Part shown: piece by piece, positions 12,303-25,525 of the stretch
Layout of the letters: every line of letters starts with the position of its first letter
Position numbering within the stretch: position 1 is the stretch's first letter
Source of the DNA: Hypanus sabinus
Taxonomy: Eukaryota
Direction of reading: 5' to 3'
DNA length: 64,000 bases
Assembly (NCBI RefSeq): GCF_030144855.1
Contig: NC_082731.1
Span: 23,994,001 to 24,058,000 of the forward strand
Notes under the pieces: model-generated
Seen by the model: only the letters and a program-made list of their open reading frames with translations
Told to the model about the DNA's origin: nothing
Databases searched by the model: none
Made by a program: the position numbers and the translations under genes

Positions 12303-14450
12303 TAGCCATATAATAATATAACAATTACAGCTGGGAAACAGGCCATCTCTGCCCTCCTAATCTGTGGCGAACTCTGTCTGTCAACTCGTCCCACTGGCCC
12401 GCACTCAGCCCATAATCCTCCATTCCTTTCCTGTCCATATAACTATCCAGTTTTAATTTAAATGACAGTGCCGAACCTGCCTCTACCACTTCTACTGGAA
12501 GCTCGTTCGACACAGCCATCACTCCCTGAGTAAAGGAATTACTCCTCGTGTTATCCTTAAACTTTTGCCCCGTTACTCTCAATTCATGTCCTCCTGTTTG
12601 AATCTTCCCTTCATTCAATGGAAAAAGCCTATCCACGTCAACTTTATATATCCCGCTTATATCTTTATATACATCTGGTGCTGAAACCCGGGTAACATTC
12701 TAGTAAATCTTCTCTGTACTCTAACTACTTTGTGGACATCTTTCCTACAATCCGTTGACCAGAACTGTACACAATACTCCAAATTCAGCGCTTAACAATG
12801 TTTTGTACTTTTTTATGTTATATCCCAACTACTAGACTCAATACTCTGATTTATAAAAGCCAACATACCAAAACCTTTTTCAGAAACCTTTCCACATGAG
12901 ATTCCACCTTCAGGGAACTATGCTCCATTATTCCTAGATCACTCTAATCTACTGGATTCCTCAATGCCCTACGATTTACCGTGTAAGTCCCATTTGGATT
13001 ATCCCTACCAAAATGTAGCTGCTCACACTTATCAGCATTAAACTCCATTTGCCATCATTCAGCCCATTCTTGTAACTGGCCTAAATCTCTTTGCAAGCTT
13101 CGAAAAAATACTTCATTATCCACAAAGTCACCTACATTAGTATCATCTGCAAACGTGCGAATCCAAATTACCACCCCATTATCCAGATCATCAACGTATA
13201 TGACAAACAACTTTGGACACAGTACAGATCCCGGAAGCACACCACGAGTCACCGGCCTCCAACCTGACTAACAGTTATCCACCACTACTCTCTGGCATCT
13301 CCCATCCAGCCACTGTTGATTCAATTTTACTACTTCAATATTAATACGCAACAATTGAACCTTCGGTGTTGAATCTTGTCAAAGGTCTTACTGAATTCCA
13401 TATAGACAACCTCCTCTGCTTTACCCTCGTCAACTTTCCACGTAACCTCTTCAAAAAATTCAATTATATTTTTCAAACCTGATCGTCCACGCACATATAT
13501 TTGCTTTCTGTTCCTAATCAGACTCTGTCTATACAGATAATTATACATACCATCTCTAAGTATACTTTCGATTAATTTACCCATCACTGACCTCAAACCG
13601 ATATGCCTCTAATTGCTAGGTTTACTCTTAGAACACTTTTTAAACAAATAAATTCCATCAGCAATACGCCTGTCCTCTGAAATATCCGCGTTTCAATTGA
13701 CTATTGAATTATTTCTGTTAGAGCCACTGCTATTGCTACTTTAACTTTCCTCAATGTACTAGTGAATACCCTGTCAGTACCCATAGATGTATTTACTTTT
13801 ATATTCCTTAAAAGACCAGAACTTATTCCTTTTTAATCGTCATAATTTCCGTAACTTCCCTACTTGTTTCCCTTACCTTACACGATTGAATATCCTGCTC
13901 CTACCGAATACCGAATACCGAAGACAATAAATTGTTCCAAATTCCGCCAATCTCTTTCGGCTGCACACATAGCTGTCCACTCTGACCAATTGTGTCCGTT
14001 ACAATCTTTTTTGCTTTTAATATAACTACAGAATCACGTCGGATTTATTTTCACCTGACCTGCCAAAGCAACTTTGTCTCTTCTTTTAGCTTTTCTAATT
14101 TCATCTTAAGATTCTTCTTACATTCTTTATATTCCTCGAGAACCTCATTTATCTTTGATGCCTATATTTATTCTAGATATCTTTCTTTTTCCTAACCTAT
14201 TTTCTAATATCCCTTGACAACCATGGCTTTCTCAAACGTTTAAGCTTTCCTTTCAACTTAAAAGGAACATAAAGTTTCTGTACCCTCGGAATTTCACCTA
14301 CAAATGACCTCCATTTCTCTATTACATCCTTCCCATAAAACAAATTGCCCCAACCCTCTCCTTCTAAATCTTTCCGCATCTCCTCAAAGTTGGCCTTTCT
14401 CAAATCAAAAATTTTAACCCTGCATCCAGTCCTATCCTATTCCATACTAT
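12303..14450 (-). mobile_element. CR1 LINE, 5'-truncated (RT and 3' end)
   Basis: GVLPGSVLCPKLFVIYVDDLD...FADDT; VDEGKAEEVVYMEFSKTFDK; CR1-type 3' tail. Confidence 0.85.
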
Positions 14451-17275
14451 TATTTTGAATAATCTTAGCGGAATGCCTACCAGAATACAGCAGAGATTCG
14501 TTTACTGGCATTTGAGACTAGGCTTGCGGATCATAAAAGCAGAAGTCAGTTGGCGATAGGTGTTTCAGTTCTTAGCAGAAGGTAGGCAGGACTCTGCGGT
14601 GGTGAAATAGAATCTCAAATTGTTTGCTGTGTCCATGGTCCAGCGTCAGCGAGGACTCAATTCTGATCCATTTAAGTATCAACAGGAAGGGTGAGCAAGA
14701 ATAATCCCTGGTAAATATTGTATTCAAATATATTGGTAGTAGAAGCAACAAGGTTAATAGAGACAATTTAGAGTTCGAGATAGGCTGCGGAATGGCAAGA
14801 TATCAAATGTAAAAATATTTGGATTTCTGTATGGGGCACACGCCAGTGAGTTGCAGATTACGATCACATGGAGATGCTTGTGTTCTGAATACATTGCCGT
14901 CAACTCATTGCATCCAGTGTTCATAATGTAATTAGTTTCAAAGTAAATACTGAAAACAAATATGACGTGTACGCGGGTTGAAATTCTAAACTGCAGAAAC
15001 ATCGATTTTCAGGTATCAGAAATAATCAGACAAGTGTGGATTCGAGTACGTTGTTTTAAGGCAGAGGAATATGAGGATAAAGTGCGACGTCTTCAAAAAA
15101 TTGCGAGTTGTAGGTGCCTGTCCGATTAAAGGGTGAAGACAACAGTGTTAGGGAAACTTAGCTTTAAAGAGCGGTTGAGTAACTGATTGTGAAAGCAATA
15201 AGGACCGTAGCCCGTATGGGTAAGCAGGAGCAAATGACATACTTACAGAGGTTAAGCAATGCTACACCGCTCGTTGGAATCATATTAGGTTGTCTAAATG
15301 AAAGCATGAACTTGTCCTAACGGATAAAGGTAAAGAGATGTTATAGGACATCTGCGGACATGTTGAGAGAGATACGATTGCAAGAGAAAAAAAATAAACT
15401 TCCAGAAAATTAGAATAGAAATTATGCCTCAGACAAAGGAGAACAGAAAGAACTTGAATCTGTTTCTTTGCATCTGTATTTACTCCTTAAATGGAGAGAA
15501 AGTCTTCAGGGCCGATGCGAAACGTTAGCGAGATTGTGTACTAAATTTTATGTATATAGTGAATGACGAGGAGGATTGTCACCACAGGACGTGAGGAGGA
15601 TCTTCTTTTTTCTCTTTTGTATCCGTTCTATGTTTCCAAAATGACCCGTTAGCAAATGAGTTTCGAATGTAGAAAATCGGTTGTTGCAGTCACTGAACGT
15701 TTTACGATTTCTGGATGGCAGCTGGACTGGAATCATCCTCCTTTCCGTAATATAGCATTATAGATAAGAAGTTTCTTCAGATAGTCAATGCACAAAAAAA
15801 GCTGGGCATCAGTTGACGAACAGCGACAGTTCGATTTTATTATCAGCTATTAACACACGCAAACAAAATGTGAAAAATTGAATCCATCTTCTTCGCTCAA
15901 AAAATTTAATTAGTATAGGAAGAACTTGCAGTTGCACTTAAGTCCTTTTACACACTATACGTATTTAAGCAACAAACAACAATAATGTGTGGATTATTAC
16001 ATCGGGAACTAACAGGAAATATGGAGGTAAAACCAGTAAATTGCAGAATTGTTTTAGTAATATCGAGAATGCTAGAGAAACACGTCATGCATTTGCAGTA
16101 CGATTGCAAAATAAGAAAAATTTTAAAAATGCAAAATAACTTTGGAAATTTGCATGGAACCCATTCTCAGCGTAAAGGACGAAAAACAATGGAACAACAG
16201 TCCGTGCAATAAATGAGCAACTTGAATAGATACGAAATGTTATCACTACTGACCAAATTAATTTCGAGACTTGTAACTTCTGAATATATTCAAAGACCGG
16301 TAAGAAACCTAATATCCATCTCTCACATGGGATATATGTGATGATCTAACAAAGTGAGGAAGATACTTTTTTTCATTTGCAGAAACAAGTGGGGCGTCTC
16401 CTTGGTAGAGTCTCCCACTTTATGTTATTCAAAATCGATCACGACACCTAATATGACCTATCGATCTCTGCCATGTTCTGACTGCACACGTACTTAAACA
16501 GTGAACGTGTTAATCAAGAACCGATCCATCTGTTTTGACCAACCGTTTAGCAGGATCAATGCATTTATTTGCCAAGATGAATATTTCAAATGGTCCATGA
16601 ACGAAAGTACATGTGACATTAATACGTGTTCGAATGATAATTTGAGCATTACGTACATTATTTGAGCTGGGTTTAAAAATTCAATAACTTATGACTACAC
16701 ATGAATGCAGTCATAAGAGAATTTCTTCCGGGCAAATATATAAAAGACACTGTCAACAGTCAGACACAACTTAAGACATATCAGTCGCATACAGATAAAT
16801 TCAGATAGTAGACAAAAAATAGTCCAAATCCCCGAATAAATGAATGTTGTTGCTGTCTAGAGTCAAAATAATACAGGTAGTAATCAGCTAGTTAAACACT
16901 GGAATGCAGCACTGTCGCCAGCATAGACTCCGCGCAACGACTACTTCGTCTTCCTCCTCGTTTACTGCAACAACGAGAAGTCACATTTTGAGGCCTGCAC
17001 CTCGCTATGACCGAGGCTACGTAATTGCCGGAATTAAACAGTAAACAGGACTTGCAACATTACAGACTATTAATGTCTAGTGTGTTCTTGCCGTTAAAAA
17101 CTAGGAAGACAAGCACTAAATTTTATTCTTCACTTCGTGTACCCGTACCAATCCCAAAGCTAATCCGTATCTGGTCGAAACGTACTCCGTATGAAGTCCA
17201 GCTACATTACTTTCTCTGCAAACAACTATCTCGCGACAGGTAGACATACAATATTCAAAGTACTTAACGTGCAAG

Positions 17276-17493
17276 NNNNNNNNNNNNNNNNNNNNNNNNN
17301 NNNNNNNNNNNNNNNNNNNNNNNNNNNNNNNNNNNNNNNNNNNNNNNNNNNNNNNNNNNNNNNNNNNNNNNNNNNNNNNNNNNNNNNNNNNNNNNNNNNN
17401 NNNNNNNNNNNNNNNNNNNNNNNNNNNNNNNNNNNNNNNNNNNNNNNNNNNNNNNNNNNNNNNNNNNNNNNNNNNNNNNNNNNNNNNNNNNNN
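17276..17493. other. Assembly gap (218 N)
   Basis: Run of N. Confidence 1.
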
Positions 17494-18539
17494 ACATACA
17501 TAAACAAGTATATAGATAGATAGATGCGTAGGTAAATAAGTAAGTACTTAAATAATTAATACAACCAGTAAATAAATGCACATATTCACACTGTGCCGTC
17601 TACGGTTTCAATGTATGCATTTGGCTGACGTGTTGAATACTCATTCAATTCGGATAATTGCAACAATCAGTGTGTGAACCATCAATCAGAATAGTACAAG
17701 TTCAGATTTTCAACATTTTATAGCCATAGAATCTATATAATGCTCATTTACAGAAGACCTTCCCCTTTTAAGAATAACCAAATTGTGCAGCACAAGCACA
17801 AATAGAAATTCATTATCGATATTTTTAATTCACCATGTGCGTATGGAGCCGCAACATCTTGAGCTGTAGCAAATATTGCATGAGCCAAATTCTCTTTGAA
17901 TGATAGTGAAAAATTCGTCAGCGGTAGAGCTGAAAACGTATGCAAACGAGCACTACGTTTATTGGATAAATTGCGTAACATGGGAGTATAGTTGTACGTG
18001 ATCATGCATTCATCGAAAGTTACCTGTAGAACGTCTCGCGAGAAACTGTACAAGGGCAGATCCTTCAATTCTACACATCGCAGTTCAGCCGAGCCACAGT
18101 CTGAAGCGGGAGGTGCAGAACACACCTCCCAGTTGTGTGCAAAAAATAAATAAATAAATAATAAAAAATTAAAAAAAAATTGCGTCGACTTTAAGAGTGC
18201 TTACTTGGCCAACTCGTTAAACAATTAATTTTAATAGTTGTATTATTTTCTACTACGAAAACCTTTAATGTTAAGACAGGTGAGGTAAAGTATAATATTT
18301 CTCTCACAGAGCCACATCCAGGGAGTCTCTGAAACGATTACGTTAGGTCAGGCGGATACTGAGGTATTGAATAATCGCCGAATGCTCCTGTAAAATATTT
18401 AAAAAAAAAACAGGAACAGTGAGGAGTTTAGAATTAAACCAAATCTACGCACAGAGTTATTTAGAAATGCACTCATTTAGTGCAGGAAGCGTTGATTACT
18501 ATAATTAATCATTCACACAACGTAGACACTAGTTTAGAT

Positions 18540-18660
18540 ATAGTACTGACGAACGGTCTCGGCCCGAAACGGTGACTGCTCCTTTCAACGGATGCTGTCC
18601 GACCTGCTGAGCTCATCCAGCCTTTGTACGTGCTAATTTGTCCACAGCATCTGCAGTGCA
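18540..18660 (+). mobile_element. Short Penelope pLTR-derived fragment with inactivated hammerhead motif
   Basis: CTGACGA-A-CGGTCTCGGCCC-GAAAC-GGT-GACTG; cleavage triplet altered. Confidence 0.6.
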
Positions 18661-21600
18661 CCTTGCATTTAGTTTAGATGCAGAACATGATTTGAGCAGT
18701 GAATCCATCCTGTTTGTGTTCGGATATCTGTTATGAAAACAAGAACGAGCCATTAACTGGTGTATGGTGTGCTGATCGATGACAGTTGACACTATTACAG
18801 CATAACCTTGCGCCTTGAATTTCGCTAATTTGTTCTGCTACTTCGTTTTTCCTTCCAACTCCTAGAATCTCACAGAGATTTAGAGCAGTGTGGAACAACA
18901 GCGCGGAAAGCAATCTTAAATGGGGGAATCAGACCCTCGTTCACCACTGCTGTTGGCAGATTATTCCACTCCTGACCCCCAATGAATGATTTCTCCCTCA
19001 TGAAGACGTTAAACATTTACATTTTACTCTTACCCATGACCTATAGTTGCAAATTTTCCCAACATCGAAGGGGAAAAAAGCCTATTTCCATTGAAACTAC
19101 CAGATTCCTTCTTTGTTTTCTGCACCTTAATAAAATGACCACTCATTCTACGGAGCTCCAGGGAAGAACTTGATAATATTTACAGTTGTCCCCTTTCCGT
19201 CGGTCCAAAGGAAACGGCACCATTGTTTTTTTGACTTCACTGATGTTTTGTTGATGTAAACAATCATTCAAGATTATCCACTCATGATCTCTCCCGTCAA
19301 GTCTGGGTGCATGGGAAGATGGTCACAATGTTCGTAAAGATTGCCTCTTGATATGCGTCTGTGTCATTTTATATGTAAAAGCCCCTAGAAATCACTTTTC
19401 CATTGTTTGTTAAAGCAGTCCCATGTATCCTGTGTATGTCTCTCTTTGACATGTTTTTCACATCTTCTACATCACGTACAGTACCTGACTTGCTGGAAGA
19501 GCTTACCCACTGTGAACCTTGTTATTCGATTTAATAAGGGCCACAATATCCTAGAAAACAAACGGTCGCTAAATTTGCTTTGCATTGCATTCTTACAGGG
19601 TATACGGGGTTCGTTTCTGGAATATTTGCTGACTTCTGAAAGATTAAAATTTACTATATTCTGCAAAGCGGTCCATGTTTCTATGATAAAGTAAAATGTA
19701 GTTTAGCTGAGAGCTTAGGGAGAATCGTCCTGCAAGGAATCACAGTAACAGAGACGCGAAAATATATTAGTCAGCCGAAGGAATAGTGGACGGCTTGTGT
19801 GAGAGTGTGAGCTGTAGAGTCGCCGAGAATGGATATAAATACTTCGCATCCTGTATCATTTTTTTTTTTTTGCCCGGATGTCCCACACTTCTTCCCACGT
19901 ACAGATCGGCGAGTATTTGATAGCTGCAACGTAAATTGGAAACTGTTTTCTGAATGAAAGTACATGGAAAGAACGATGTGTTCATTACAAACATCTTTCT
20001 TAATCCGTCTAAACAGTCACGAGATAACGGGATAGTTAGCCATAGAGTTTAAAGCGAAATTCTCAATGTGGAAGCGACTGATAGTATCGGATTGCATCTT
20101 GAGTGTTTCTGGAAATATAAGATATATCAATATAAATGTGCGGTTAACGATCTATTATGCACCTATTTAAGTACCGTATGTCTGAATGAATACATGTTAG
20201 TTAAAAAGAAAATATTTTCAACATCTATGTAGTTGTTTATCTCACGGCACAGCACAGAATAGACCATTACAATCCATTCGAAATACGTAACCCCACAGTT
20301 AACTGAAAACCACAATTTTTTTCAGCAGCTATTCAAAAGACATTTTAAAATGACTACTTCAGCTAGTCGATACGTATATGAAATGTGGAAGGGTACCAGA
20401 ACATCCGATCAACACTCGTGCATTCCATGGCCAAGACGTACTGAATACTTACAGTTTACCTGGAATTGAACTCCGAACTCTTTCTCCCTGAATTCGAATA
20501 GAGTTGATTTAACCGCTACAATACCGTGGCACCAAAGCATATGAAACTTCAGCTTTATGTTAAAGTAGCATTTTTTGCAGAAATGCATTTATTTAGAAAG
20601 GTATGGAAGCGGCAATGTATCAGAACTAATCACTAATAGAGCAAATTGGTTTGTTTTGTTGTCCAATATAGAGAACCGGGTATTCCTTCTAATGAATGTG
20701 TCTTTGGAGTATTGCTTGGGGTTCCCAATAGGAGCAAGTTTCTGCTCGGACTAAATTGATGGAAATTAAGGACATGCCAAAACCTAAGTTATCTCTTATG
20801 AGTTACTGGAAGTACGATTATTCCTCCCAAATAGTAACGACGAGATGTTTACGTTGCAAACCCTCTCCTAGTAACTCGAATCCCTCCAATTATATAAATC
20901 CAATTAATCGGAATAGCAGGTAATTACCCAAGCAGAGCAGTTTCATTTTAATAGGTTTCATGGTATCAGTAGAATGTGAACGCAACAATGACATCTCAAT
21001 GTCTAGCGACTACATGTTAATAATCTTTGGAAAAACATTTTACACGCGTCTAAGATACATTCAGGCTCTGTATAATTGCATCGTGATAAGGACACGGGCG
21101 TGGGTATGACAGAAACGGAATGATATCTGTATATCCTGATGTCGTATAGATCTGAAGCAATAGATTATAATGTTATCTTTGGTAATAGTTTATTATATAG
21201 ATACATTATACTAAATCGCATATGAGGATTCCTTGACCTATATTCATGCAGAATAATTAATTCGTAACGTTGAACAGTTGCAATTTTATAGTATAAAAAT
21301 CTAACCCACTACCAAGACTGAAGCTCTCTGGTAAATAAAAAAGGGAAGATATTAGACATCATCTGTGCTTTTACAGCAAATCAAAGGTTTTGAATATAAT
21401 TCCGAAAATGTCCCCACGATGGTCGAAAGTCTTGACGAGATTCCGAGATTGAATATGGGAATATTTTCTAAATTTGAACATAAAATCACATCACGTAACT
21501 ATTCGGCATGAATAGTGGGGGGCCGCTTCTTTACATTTAAGCAAGAGCGTCTTTCGGTGTATAATAGAAATATAAGCCAAAATGTGCAAGTAAGATGACT

Positions 21601-22424
21601 CCAAAATTATATCCTTTCTTGCAACGATACCAAATAAAGCGATGAAAGGAATAGGGTTACAGTTTATTTTGAAAAAAAAAAAACGAGAACGCTTTAAATC
21701 GTTCTTTCCAATATTTTCTCATTAATCGGACATGTCGAAAAAATATAAATGAGTGAAGCTGCTCCATTATTACATTTATCTCAATACGGAGACATATCCA
21801 AGTAAAAACGAGACAGCTTATTCTTCGTCATATGGGCTCTGCGTAATTGTAACTCTTCAAAATCCTGGAACCTTTGCGCTACTTTCATGTCGCCGTTTCC
21901 TCGACACAGAGTATTTGCAATTTTGCGACATTCATATGATTGGTAGATTGCATGTAGCACGTAGATGTGGCATAAAATGTATTAGGATTCAGGATCCACA
22001 ATGAGCACCCTCAATGAGTGCAACGTCCCAACTCTTTTCCTATGTCTTGTGGTATAAAACGCGAATTTACTCAAGGAAATGACATCTTTTCGCTCCAGGA
22101 GAAAATTCTGAAGACATTTGTGTCTTCCCTTTTCACAGACAGAATGTTGGAAGAAATCGGCAGATCGACTGCTAACTTTGAGGTAAATTATCGAGCCAAG
22201 AACTTCCATCAGAACATCATCATTTCCTCCAGCATATTTTGCGTGTTGATTTTGGTACTTTTCTTTTCTCTATCACCTTTCTACGAAAAATCACACCGCA
22301 CTGCGGTTTCGTGCTGTTGATGCCGTGCTCGGCAGCGGTGTATTTATATGATACTGCTAAATGAGTTTTTGAATTGTTCTTTCGCTGTTCAGAAGCACTG
22401 TGTGTTTGCAAAAAGAGGCACAAT

Positions 22425-22463
22425 GGTTCTTGTAGAGCGCTGACAATTTGAGGCATCACAGTG
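22425..22463 (-). other. Supporting V-delta recombination signal (CACTGTG-23-ACAAGAACC)
   Basis: Heptamer 22463-22457, 23-nt spacer, nonamer 22433-22425. Confidence 0.88.
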
Positions 22464-22766
22464 CTGGGAACGTACTAATTGCGCAGTAAAACACTGCAGC
22501 GTCGCTCAGTTGCACTTTTGTGATCGTCAGCTGGCTGATTTTCTTATTAGGATCTAGAACAGCAGTAATTCGTTCACCGGCGATTTTTATTTCATCTTGT
22601 TCTCCATAAGTTTGTCTCTGGAGCAGATGTATGAGTGGCTGTCCTGGAAGCTGCCGATACCAGTGTAACGTTTTGCGACAATGCACATCATAATTACACT
22701 TTAATCTGACGTTGCCAGCAAGAGTAGTCTGTAGTTCAGGTATCTGAGACGGTGGAGAAATGGATT
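22464..22766 (-). CDS. TRDV: Leaderless supporting TCR-delta V exon (STCRdV-type), cassette 2
   Basis: (E)SISPPSQIPE...LKCNYDVHCRKTLHWYRQLPGQ...LSDAAVFYCAISTFP; C23, W41 and C104 intact; extra Cys in CDR1; acceptor TTCCTACAG at 22767; phase matches the J donor; no leader exon noticed nearby. Confidence 0.88.
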
Positions 22767-24656
22767 CTGTAGGAACGTAAAGGAGGATTATTGCTGTTTG
22801 ACCTAAGTCTATCAGAAACATTGTCCCAAATAAGATAAAGAATCTTTGCTTTTATGCAAGCATATGTCATTTAAAATGTATCTCATTTGATATATTTATT
22901 GTCAGTTCCGTTTACTGTACGGAATTGGTGCAGTATAAATATCAGGATTACATGGCATTTGGAGGACGCATTGCTGTTATGAAAATGTTTGATACTGTGT
23001 GAATCTATGTGAATGAAAGAAATTGATTTCATGGAGCAATTTTGTAGAGCCAACAAATTCATAATGGGAGGAATTCACTATGTTTCAGTTCCATGCTGAT
23101 TTTTTCATATACATTTCCCCATTATGGACTGTAGACTCTTCTCCATCTTGGACTGTAGTTTGTCATCACATTAATGAGATTGAAGCGTGCAGACTCTCAG
23201 TTTAATTTTTAAGCAGCTGAAGACTGAGACGAATTTTCAAGCCGATTTTAGCAGGTGCTCATATAAAGGTTCGGTTCCCTAAACATTACTTATATTTTTT
23301 AAGCAGTTGTTATGACATTTCCGGTCCTATCTTAGAATTAATTGGAGAAAACTATGTTCATTCTTTCCTGCATGTCAGTGGCTGATATGTTTTATTTCTG
23401 CTTGCGGTTTGTGCCTTATTCTGAACACAAAATTTCCCACGTACATGACAGTGGTCGGTTGGATTCATTCTACGAAGATTGGATAGGCATTTAAATCTTA
23501 TTATCTTCTGCCAATTTCGTCTGCATCTCCCTCCTTTAATTCCGTTTGCCACTTTGTCTTTCTATGCACTGGATGTAGATTCATTCGACGGAATCACATA
23601 ACACAAGAAAATACTTAACCTTCCAGTTACTCTGCTTCATCATACGGGCATCGATACAGATTTCTAAAGCCCACTACAACTTACATAATTGCATTCCTAG
23701 ATTCTATGAATTAATCAGCCTCCCCTCTTTCTGTATCCTTTCGGGCAGGTGCTCCTGATCTTGGTTCTATCGTATGTAGGTCTCTCAGTAACAGTAACTG
23801 TGGTGGTAACTATTCAGGCTAACCGAATGGCGACTCTGTATTGTTATAATAAAATGGCTTCTCTGTAATATTATTTAATGCTTTGGCAGTTTTTTGTGTC
23901 TAGAATATTTGGGTTATGACTGCAGATAAGGGGGTGAAATAACCAAAGAAGAATTGTTATGCTATCTTGTATGTGTAAGCTGATTTGTAGCTCGCAGTCT
24001 TTTTCGGGAGGCGAGCGAGGAGGACGGACGTGTGAGGGGCGGATAGCGGTTCCAGGGCGGCAGATAGTGGACGTCAACGGTTCGGATTGTGGACGAAGTC
24101 TCGGAAGGCCTTACGTGCAAAAACTGATAAACCTCCTGATTTGGCGAATTTAGGTTATCTGTTTCTCGTAACCCATCACTAAGAAATATCTATAAAGTCG
24201 CACTTACTTACTCATCATTGGTGTATGGTCTGATATTTGTGTCGCGAGCTTGTACTGGGTGGATAGAGGCATTACATAGTGTTTACACAGAAGTATTGCA
24301 CTATTGGCGGGGCGACGGCAGTTCACCGTAGTTGAACGGGGGTAAATTGGGGACACAGATGGTATACGTACTTATTAATGTTTTGGGTTTGGGCATTATC
24401 GGCAACGCCAAATGTATTGTTCATCAGCAGTAATAATTTGCAACCGCTCGATGTTCTGAGAATGTCTACAGTAGACTTCATCCAGATAAAAGACACCCTC
24501 TGCTGAAGTCGCCTCTGACACAGATTGCAGAAACCAAATTTGACTGGGGACACATTGTGAGTTAAATGACTTTACTTTAATCATTCGATCGTCAGTTCGA
24601 TAACACCAAAAATGGGCGAGACATTATAAGTAATGACAATGTCTGTGGACACCTAC

Positions 24657-24753
24657 CGGGCTCGACCATGATCGTTGTCCCCGTTCCTTCATGTGTATAA
24701 GTCTTCCAGTTATACACAATGATCCAGTTCTCAGACTCCCCAATACAACAACT
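24657..24753 (-). other. NAR-TCR J segment, cassette 2 (coding 24714-24657, YNWKTYTHEGTGTTIMVEP) with 5' 23-RSS
   Basis: Plus-strand CACAATG (24715-21), 23-nt spacer, ACAACAACT (24745-53); EGxGT motif like IgNAR J rather than FGxG; phase-1 GTAGGT donor at 24656-24651. Confidence 0.88.
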
Positions 24754-25098
24754 ACACTCACGTGAATATGCTTAGCATCGTCACAATCGGTTTTCCAACT
24801 TTTCCTGTGTCGTTAATTCAACAGATATCATTTGGCATTCCGCATTTTCCGGTAGGTCAACATGCTCTTTGAAAGAGAAAAAAAAAAACAGAACACAACC
24901 TAATTGAGATAAGTTGCAGACCCATTTCGAGATGAAAAAAAAATAGCAAGCTTGTCAAACAGAAATATTTATGAAATACGGAAATAACAAATAATCTAAT
25001 CAAACTCTGAGCAAACGTTGTCGGGTTTGTACATTTAGTACAGTACATGCAGAACACCTGCTTTAAATTCTTTTTATATTTATACATAAAAACCATTC

Positions 25099-25170
25099 TT
25101 TATTTGTTCCGATCTCTTCCACTGTGTGTACCCCATACCTTACACAGTACCTCAAGTGAATTTCATATCC
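25099..25170 (-). other. NAR-TCR D segment, cassette 2 (coding 25142-25127, TAAGGTATGGGGTACA) with 12-spacer RSS on both sides
   Basis: 3' RSS CACAGTG-12-ACAAATAAA is clear; 5' RSS has heptamer TACTGTG but a degenerate nonamer (GGATATGAA); same arrangement in cassette 1. Confidence 0.75.
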
Positions 25171-25487
25171 CCCGAGGACTCGATGAGAAAAGCGAACAGG
25201 AATTAAGTCCCAGCGATGGCGTTATCCGGTACAAAGTGTTCAGGAACAATTCCGTCTGTAGTTGGCGACAAATGTGTGCTGAGTTTTTTTTTTTCTGTGT
25301 AGGTTTATTGGCACAGACCTCAGAGCACCCGCGCTCCCGCTACTGTAGGAAGATTATGACTGAACGTGATTAATAAAAAAAATAAATCTGACTGTTAGGT
25401 ATACTGTAAGACGGATCGGCAAGAGGGATGTTAACTTTACCGGCATACCCATTGTGATCCATCTGATTCACGAGTAAGCTACAACGG

Positions 25488-25525
25488 AATTTTTGTACAG
25501 CGGGAAGCCGAGGTCAATCATTGTG
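25488..25525 (-). other. V recombination signal (CACAATG-22-ACAAAAATT)
   Basis: Heptamer 25525-25519, 22-nt spacer, nonamer 25496-25488 directly 3' of the V exon. Confidence 0.88.

Noticed and set aside
17191-17581. ORFs with long X runs (also 50904-51314)
   Set aside because: Artefacts of assembly gaps
17748-18125. 125-aa minus-strand ORF
   Set aside because: No recognisable domain or splice context
19745-19994. V-like peptide fragments (LRCSYQ...HPGK...FSATL) on the minus strand
   Set aside because: No W41 or YxC, no acceptable nonamer, and a homopolymer in the middle; likely chance
22767-22821. N-terminal MFLIDLGQTAIILLYVPT of the 121-aa ORF as a signal peptide for the supporting V
   Set aside because: It lies upstream of a good acceptor (TTCCTACAG) and reads as intron and polypyrimidine tract; TCR leaders are normally separate exons. 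In-frame use cannot be fully excluded without cDNA.
25450-25456. Extra CATTGTG heptamer 3' of the V2 RSS
   Set aside because: No nonamer at 12 or 23 spacing and not conserved in cassette 1
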